The translations under genes and the position numbers were made by a program. Shown piece after piece: positions 57,901 to 64,000 of a stretch of 64,000 bases of DNA. The stretch's first letter is position 1, and the number at the start of each line of letters is the position of its first letter. The notes under the pieces were generated by a model. The model did not search any database and was not told the DNA's origin. It saw only the letters and a list, made by a program, of their open reading frames with translations. Where the stretch lies: sequence record NC_048170.1; one strand, given 5' to 3'.

Positions 57901-58743
57901 ATGGGTGCTATTGACTACAGTGTAGATCGTATCTGTCGTACAATACCGGCAGACATCCTACAGTATTGCTATATCGATCGCTACGACTGGCGTAATCGCT
58001 ATCCTCGTTCCGTAGAAGACATCATTACCGATTGGGTAATCCGTAAACGGGTTATCGGCGACATCGATATCTACGGGGGACTACAAACCGTTATTCCCCT
58101 TGATGATGCCGGTGTCACTATCGAAGAAGTCACCATCAACTGTTATGTTTTCCACATTCCGTTGGAAGCCACGCAGGGACGTTATATCACGTCTGCATTA
58201 TCCATTATCTCAGGGAGCGTGAACAACTACGGAATAAACTATAACGGGCAATGGGGCGCTTTCAACCAAACCCAATTTCAACGTCAGCTTTGTGGGTGGA
58301 ACCCCGCAAGCAACACGTTACAGCAAGGGATGAACGCGTTCGGTCCCATGAACGTTCTTAGTACAGCCAACGTTGATATCATCGCACCTAACACCATCAT
58401 GGTGAACAACGTCACGCCGGTACAATTTCCCCTGAGCCTACGCTGTTTCCTTGCCCACGATCCGGAACTTACCAACCTCAGCATGGAGGTTTGGAACGAC
58501 TTCTACAAACTCTGTTTATACGCCACACAAAGTGACATCTACAACAGAACCGTTATCCGTCTCGATAGAGGTGTTACAGCACAAGGACAAGAAGTCGGTG
58601 CATTCAAGGAATACATCGATCGCTTTGCCGATGCTGAAAACACATATCAGGAATTCCTGAACGAAACGTGGGCTGGCGTTGCTGCCTGGAACGATCCACA
58701 AACTAAACGTCGCGCCATTCGACTACAAACCGGTTACTTCTGA
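57901..58743 (+). CDS. conserved chimallivirus protein (probable virion component)
   Basis: 280-aa plus-strand gene divergent from phuZ. Confidence 0.7.
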   Translation: MGAIDYSVDRICRTIPADILQYCYIDRYDWRNRYPRSVEDIITDWVIRKRVIGDIDIYGGLQTVIPLDDAGVTIEEVTINCYVFHIPLEATQGRYITSALSIISGSVNNYGINYNGQWGAFNQTQFQRQLCGWNPASNTLQQGMNAFGPMNVLSTANVDIIAPNTIMVNNVTPVQFPLSLRCFLAHDPELTNLSMEVWNDFYKLCLYATQSDIYNRTVIRLDRGVTAQGQEVGAFKEYIDRFADAENTYQEFLNETWAGVAAWNDPQTKRRAIRLQTGYF

Positions 58744-59270
58744 TTAACGACAGCTTCCTCCCTCGGCGTTTTCGAGGGAGGTATTTGCCGTTTGAACACT
58801 TTCAGCATGTTCGCAAAATCAGCAGCAATAATACAGGCCGAGCTTGATAGCTTATTGCTGAAAATGAGATCGTCCGGTAAACAATCGAACTGAATACCGT
58901 ATTGCGTCTTTGTCTCATCAACGATCAATGATGGTGTCGATCTTGTCTTCGCGATGTCGGTGATATACAAACGTAAAAATAATTCACCGTCTTCGCTATC
59001 CATAAAACGATAAGCGTTACCAGAAAACGCAGCATGCGGCGTAACGATAAATTGAACACGATCGTCGGTCGGATGGATATTTAACCAACGTTCGATATCA
59101 TTACTACTCACATTTCGCATATTTACTACGGTAAAAGCAAATAGCGTATCGTGATGTTTGGAATAATGCAGCACATACGCCGCATCTTTCTTTCCGTGAA
59201 TCCCTTCAATGTATTCTATTGTCGTATAGCCGGATTTATATAGCTTTACTTGCGGTTTATCACTCATCAT
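58734..59270 (-). CDS. hypothetical protein
   Basis: Start set at MMSDKP via ATGA coupling. Confidence 0.65.
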   Translation of the reverse strand: MMSDKPQVKLYKSGYTTIEYIEGIHGKKDAAYVLHYSKHHDTLFAFTVVNMRNVSSNDIERWLNIHPTDDRVQFIVTPHAAFSGNAYRFMDSEDGELFLRLYITDIAKTRSTPSLIVDETKTQYGIQFDCLPDDLIFSNKLSSSACIIAADFANMLKVFKRQIPPSKTPREEAVVNQK

Positions 59271-59566
59271 AACAACCCTTCCCGTTTCATCGCGGCACGC
59301 ATACTTGCGTAAAGCGCATTCTTCATTGCACCCGGACGCAACGGATAACAAATCTCATATCGACGTCCTTGTTTTACAGCAATTTTCCTTCCGTTCAGAA
59401 ACAACGTGCCGTTATCCAGCAACAACTCACCTTGTAGTACCATGAGTCCTGCTTTAACATGACGTCCTTCTTCTTTAGTTAAGACCTTATAGCCGTGTTT
59501 ATCCAATAACCACAATTCGTAGATACCGTGCGCAGCCTTCGGCATTACTTTCTTCTTCGTCGTCAT
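59267..59566 (-). CDS. hypothetical basic protein
   Basis: 99 aa; GAGGA RBS. Confidence 0.7.
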   Translation of the reverse strand: MTTKKKVMPKAAHGIYELWLLDKHGYKVLTKEEGRHVKAGLMVLQGELLLDNGTLFLNGRKIAVKQGRRYEICYPLRPGAMKNALYASMRAAMKREGLL

Positions 59567-59578
59567 GGAAGATCCTCC

Positions 59579-59953
59579 TTAAACTCCTTGTCGGATCATC
59601 ACCAACCGGAGCATGTTGTATTCCAATGTAGCGCTTTCTAATTCGAATTCATATCGATACCAGAAATTCGGCTCTAATTGACCTACAACACATTTACGAA
59701 CATCTGTCTGCACCTTCCTCGACAACACCTGTAACAGTTGTGTTATCTCCGGCTTGAAGTAATACGCCAAACCTAACTGATCAGAATAAAACAGGCCACA
59801 ATCAAAGATGGCCTGTAAAATAACATATTCAACCATCAGGTGACGCGCATCGGGGTCAGGGAATGGCGAACGTAAAGCGAGGTCTAACACATCGACAATT
59901 GGGCCGACATAAATGGCGGCACGGTACTCACGAATAACACTGATGTTATCCAT
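59579..59953 (-). CDS. hypothetical protein
   Basis: 124-aa ORF. Confidence 0.65.
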   Translation of the reverse strand: MDNISVIREYRAAIYVGPIVDVLDLALRSPFPDPDARHLMVEYVILQAIFDCGLFYSDQLGLAYYFKPEITQLLQVLSRKVQTDVRKCVVGQLEPNFWYRYEFELESATLEYNMLRLVMIRQGV

Positions 59954-59966
59954 GATAACCTATTCG

Positions 59967-60791
59967 TTAACTGTCGCTTTCTGATGTATCGACGTAGTTG
60001 AAAATACGATCCCGTAAACACTCGTAACGAGGCAACGCACTAAGAATGATCATCTTCAGCTGCATCGCGATCGATACACGTTCTTCATCCGACGCATCGT
60101 CTCCCCATTTACCCGGCTTAACCTGAATGGGTTCGTGCGGATCCTGCGGGAATATAAAACTTAACAACAGATAATCCGTACGGAACTCCCATACTTCTCG
60201 ACCGTCGTTATCGGTTTCTTTACGCAACGTGAAGAGTTGGCGTTCGGTGGTTGGATCCAGCATCAGCGGTCGGCCACGAACAATCTCCAGTTTACGTGGG
60301 CTGACGAACGTCGTACGTTCAGGAAGGTATTTTTCAACATCATCCGTATCCAACAAGAACAAAATGATATCGTCGAAATACTTCGGTGCGTACGTGTGTA
60401 TCGGTTCGCCGTCGCTATACGAAGAGATCTCTTGAAGTATTGGTGTCTTACACGAAAAGTTCTGGCACGAACCACGGGTTATCGGTAAGGTGGTCCATTG
60501 ATGTTCTGTAGACAATTCAACAGGCACCAACGGATAATCATCGATGAAGACCACGCACGTTGTACTAATGGGTATTCTTCCATCATTACCTGGTTCAAAA
60601 ACCAAACGTATCTTACCGGTAATCAGCGCCATCTCATCTGGCATTAAATGGCTTGCTGAACGAGCAAGTCTGAAACCGCTCGCCTGTTTATAAGGTTCGG
60701 GTTTATAGCCACGGACAATAAGAGAGACATCCGCAAGTTCAACGCTCACGAATACATCTTTGGTGTCTTCATTGTTCGTCGTTAACGTCAT
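59967..60791 (-). CDS. hypothetical protein
   Basis: 274-aa ORF. Confidence 0.7.
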   Translation of the reverse strand: MTLTTNNEDTKDVFVSVELADVSLIVRGYKPEPYKQASGFRLARSASHLMPDEMALITGKIRLVFEPGNDGRIPISTTCVVFIDDYPLVPVELSTEHQWTTLPITRGSCQNFSCKTPILQEISSYSDGEPIHTYAPKYFDDIILFLLDTDDVEKYLPERTTFVSPRKLEIVRGRPLMLDPTTERQLFTLRKETDNDGREVWEFRTDYLLLSFIFPQDPHEPIQVKPGKWGDDASDEERVSIAMQLKMIILSALPRYECLRDRIFNYVDTSESDS

Positions 60792-61806
60792 TGTTCATTT
60801 TCTCCATTGCAACAAATCGTTCAAGCTCGCGTAATAAACGCTCTTTTAACGCAGTATCAACTTCCGGAGCATGTTTATCACGATACCACTCTGTCCCGTT
60901 GTATTGCAGGCTAACGTGCCATGTTCCTAACGGGCTTTCCTCTGCAGCAGCAATGAAATTCTTAACGCCGGTTTTGGTAGGATACTCCATGATAGGAACA
61001 GCCTGCTTCAGATCCATTACGGTAAGATCCTGGAAGTTATAATCCAGAAGCGTTAATGCACGTTTGTCGCGTAACAGTAACCCGCAATCTAAGATAGTGA
61101 AATCGATACCCCAAAATTGTAGCTTACCACCCGTACTGATAGGAATATGACCGCGATAGACCGCGAGATAGATCTCCCCTTTATCGGTTTCTTTATTGTA
61201 TCCTGCGATGAATGCTGCGGTAATTAACGGCTGATCGCCTTTCGCAAAGAAAACAGGATGCGTACGATAAAGCCAATCATTACGAATTAAATCTGATACT
61301 TGACCTAAACGTGCCGTAGGCACCATTGTCGATCCTAAGTCACCATTACTAACTTCGAATTGGTAATATTCAAACAGAACACCGTCGACTTCTTCTTTGG
61401 CGTATGGCTCACGAGCCGGGTTAGCGAGTAGGTAACGCAACTTGCTATCGATTTCGGTTACGCGTTCCTCATGGGTATCCATACGACTAGCGACGACGAA
61501 AGCGGCCAGATTACGTACGCTAAGGAACACGTCGTCTTTCTCTTGGTCAGTTAGCCCTTCTTCATCTGCTATCGTTGTCCAATGCAGTGGTCCCTCCACC
61601 ATCTTTAACCATTTGTCTTCACGTTCTGGGTAAACAAAGGGTTTATGTACAGGAACATTGGTATGCTGAACGCGCAATAGTAACGAACAAGGGGATTGCA
61701 TTATCGACTCCCATGGCACTATACCACTCGTGACAGCGATGACGTGACGATTAAGAACAAGAGAAGCTGAATAGGTGATGTTATCTAATCCTGGTAATTG
61801 ATCCAT
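60769..61806 (-). CDS. hypothetical protein
   Basis: 345-aa ORF with AAGGA RBS. Confidence 0.75.
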   Translation of the reverse strand: MDQLPGLDNITYSASLVLNRHVIAVTSGIVPWESIMQSPCSLLLRVQHTNVPVHKPFVYPEREDKWLKMVEGPLHWTTIADEEGLTDQEKDDVFLSVRNLAAFVVASRMDTHEERVTEIDSKLRYLLANPAREPYAKEEVDGVLFEYYQFEVSNGDLGSTMVPTARLGQVSDLIRNDWLYRTHPVFFAKGDQPLITAAFIAGYNKETDKGEIYLAVYRGHIPISTGGKLQFWGIDFTILDCGLLLRDKRALTLLDYNFQDLTVMDLKQAVPIMEYPTKTGVKNFIAAAEESPLGTWHVSLQYNGTEWYRDKHAPEVDTALKERLLRELERFVAMEKMNNDVNDEQ

Positions 61807-62114
61807 GATAGGAATCCTTAGTATGTTTGATATGTTGTTTAATTGACATATTAAGTTTAAAAGAGGTTATGTTTTACGTAATGTTAATAACGTATTCTTA
61901 TCTCTATTAAGTTATGTTCTATCTAAAGATAGTAAACAGATATAATGCTCCCCACCTCCCCATTCTCCCAAGTAATACTGGCCTACCGGCCCTCTCCTTT
62001 TTAAGGGAGAGAGTAAGCATTCAGTATTGCTCAAATGAATAAGCAAAACAGTATAAACTTACCGTCTCGAGACAACTCGAGACGGCGTAGTAGTATCTGT
62101 TTATCTCTTTTATG

Positions 62115-62453
62115 CTAACAGCCTATTTCTGCATGAACCTTTAACGATTCGAATACATCTTCCTTCTTTGTCATCGTCTTGTATAAACGCGATTGAGCGA
62201 TGATCTTTATCCATTGTTGGGGATCGTGTAAATTCACATTTTCAAAACGGGGTGGGGTATTATCTCCGTCGAGTCGGATATACCCTAAGAGCAATCCTTC
62301 ATGGTCTCCTCGACGGATTTCGATATGTGGTTTGAGGAAGACACGATTGTCTGGTGGATACCAGCTTACGGTGTAGTAATGGTTTCCTGAAACAACGAAT
62401 TCGTGAACGATTTTTGTCTCATCGTCAATGACCGCATTTACGCTGGGAATCAT
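62115..62453 (-). CDS. hypothetical protein
   Basis: Start set at MIPSVN via TAATG coupling. Confidence 0.65.
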   Translation of the reverse strand: MIPSVNAVIDDETKIVHEFVVSGNHYYTVSWYPPDNRVFLKPHIEIRRGDHEGLLLGYIRLDGDNTPPRFENVNLHDPQQWIKIIAQSRLYKTMTKKEDVFESLKVHAEIGC

Positions 62454-63052
62454 TAATTTTTGAAGCATGGGACATAAACCTCCATCAACATCGCATAAAG
62501 CGCACCAAGCCCATGCAGGACTTGGTTAGGTGCAAAGGTCGGAGTGTAACATACTTGTTCGGTTGGTGCTTGTTGACGTAAGTCTAACGGATCTCCGTTG
62601 ATAAGCATCTGCAGGAGATCAGCATCATCTTGCAATGTGTCTTCATCGATATACGCATCAACACAAAGCAGTCGGTGTAACTGTTCGGGTTTAATTGAAA
62701 TACCTACAACCATGCAGTTGTTGTAGGTGGCGTTGTCCAGAAAGAAGTGGATGACGCCTGCTTGAGGATCGCCACCGTAGTGAAGCCAACGCGTAAAACC
62801 AGCCGACATCATCCATAGCGGGTTGTGTTGTAACGCACTGACGACACGGGTCTCGAAATCCAAACCAAACTTCTGGAAGATTGCACCCATCTGGAAACGA
62901 TCTTCATCGAGACGGTAGCGGAATATACAGGCATCCGATCCCGTTGAGTTATCGTACACCGAAAGATACCCACGATGGATTTCCACGGTAACATTGTTAT
63001 CGTCAAGCGTAGCGCTCGCAACGCCGTTAGAAAAGGTTGGAACAAAGCTCAT
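62453..63052 (-). CDS. hypothetical protein
   Basis: 199 aa; AAGGA RBS. Confidence 0.7.
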   Translation of the reverse strand: MSFVPTFSNGVASATLDDNNVTVEIHRGYLSVYDNSTGSDACIFRYRLDEDRFQMGAIFQKFGLDFETRVVSALQHNPLWMMSAGFTRWLHYGGDPQAGVIHFFLDNATYNNCMVVGISIKPEQLHRLLCVDAYIDEDTLQDDADLLQMLINGDPLDLRQQAPTEQVCYTPTFAPNQVLHGLGALYAMLMEVYVPCFKN

Positions 63053-63600
63053 CTTGTAATCCTTAATTTACCTGAATGAATTATCGTTGATGGGTCCACG
63101 ACGCGACCATATTTCGCGTTACGTAATACACGATGCCCAAAGAAGTCAGCGGTTTCCAAAACAACCGTATAACAACCCAGCTGATGTTGATGTCCCCAAA
63201 ACCGTTCAATGGGAATCCAGCAGGGCGACATGCCTTTGTGTCGCCAATCCGTAACACAGCCGAATTCAGCAAACTGTTCAGTAAACCACTCGTCAATGTC
63301 GGTATCCGTAAAGAGAAACACGTGGTTTTTAACCAGATAAGCGAACCCAGGATAAAAAAGCTGAGGGTCATCTGGGTCACGGAGATAAACACGAAGTTTG
63401 TCTAGCGTACCCTCGACAACGATCGTATCGGGTAATCCCGGCGGCGTGAACCGAAGTTGGAAGTTATCCTCGTTTGCCGAGGCGTTAACCAAATACCCCA
63501 ATTGAAGGGGCCGATGCAATTCGAAAAGGTTAAACGTTAATGCATATTCGATATACTCTAATCCTATATTCATGTCTGACCTATGTGGTATGGACGGCAT
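63049..63600 (-). CDS. hypothetical protein
   Basis: 183-aa ORF. Confidence 0.65.
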   Translation of the reverse strand: MPSIPHRSDMNIGLEYIEYALTFNLFELHRPLQLGYLVNASANEDNFQLRFTPPGLPDTIVVEGTLDKLRVYLRDPDDPQLFYPGFAYLVKNHVFLFTDTDIDEWFTEQFAEFGCVTDWRHKGMSPCWIPIERFWGHQHQLGCYTVVLETADFFGHRVLRNAKYGRVVDPSTIIHSGKLRITR

Positions 63601-63711
63601 TGCATTGCCTTCCGCGAGTGTAATCAGGAAGGTAATGTAGGTTTATTTTAATCTCCATTTCGCGATGATATGACAGTCTTTATTACGTTTACCATCTGAG
63701 GGAGCATGCTC

Positions 63712-64000
63712 ATGTCTTCTATTTTACAGGTGTTTAATGCGCATGCGGAAGGCATTGACATCGACGAGTATTTTGTTAATCAGGTTATCCGTTACGCGAC
63801 ACGCTTCCGTACGCAAGACCAAGAACACATGCGTTTTTTCGGTGGGGTTCTGTTAGGTGTACAGAAAATCCGATTCACAACAAGACATAACGATACATGG
63901 TTTTCAGACGTCTTGATGATGGATGAAGAAAGCTTACGACGCGATTTGAGTAAACTACCCTTCTACAATACGCAGACCAACCGTGTTGCCTCAAACGCCT
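63712..64000 (+). CDS. conserved chimallivirus (probably virion) protein, N-terminal part; runs off window and absent from ORF track
   Basis: GAGGGAG RBS; MSSILQVFNAHAEGIDIDEYFVNQVIRYATRFRTQDQEHMRFFGGVLLGVQKIRF... is open to the window end. Confidence 0.7.
   Translation, partial: MSSILQVFNAHAEGIDIDEYFVNQVIRYATRFRTQDQEHMRFFGGVLLGVQKIRFTTRHNDTWFSDVLMMDEESLRRDLSKLPFYNTQTNRVASNA

Noticed and set aside
63632-63639. TACATTAC as a fifth early promoter
   Set aside because: The core has a mismatch and the flanking TTCA/GTGA conservation is absent, so it is a weak candidate only.
1-64000. tRNA genes, rRNA, CRISPR arrays, integrase or IS elements
   Set aside because: None was recognised. The repeated hairpins are terminators, not regularly spaced CRISPR repeats.

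Overview
This is a 64-kb slice of a nucleus-forming jumbo phage (Chimalliviridae, phiKZ-like). From memory, the 631-aa chimallin looks like that of E. coli phage Goslar; this needs BLAST confirmation. Genes are dense and mostly on the minus strand, with isolated plus-strand islands that are probably late or virion genes. Bases 1-18.7 kb are accessory or early genes: the start of an NAD-dependent ligase, ThyA, a DEDDh exonuclease, an HD hydrolase, a metallophosphoesterase and paralogous small proteins. Bases 19-58 kb carry the conserved core block: SNF2 and SF2 helicases, a CYTH protein, four non-virion RNAP subunits (beta'-N, beta-C, beta'-C, gp68-like), putative PicA and ChmC, an SbcD nuclease, chimallin, a family-B DNA polymerase and PhuZ tubulin. 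The main finding concerns the catalytic NADFDGD motif of the nvRNAP beta'-N gene. It is split by two back-to-back group I introns (44215-45654, carrying an HNH homing endonuclease, and 43859-44201, ORF-less). Between them is a 13-nt micro-exon (44202-44214) that encodes two of the three catalytic aspartates. Function calls come from motif recognition and recalled phiKZ synteny; no database search was run.
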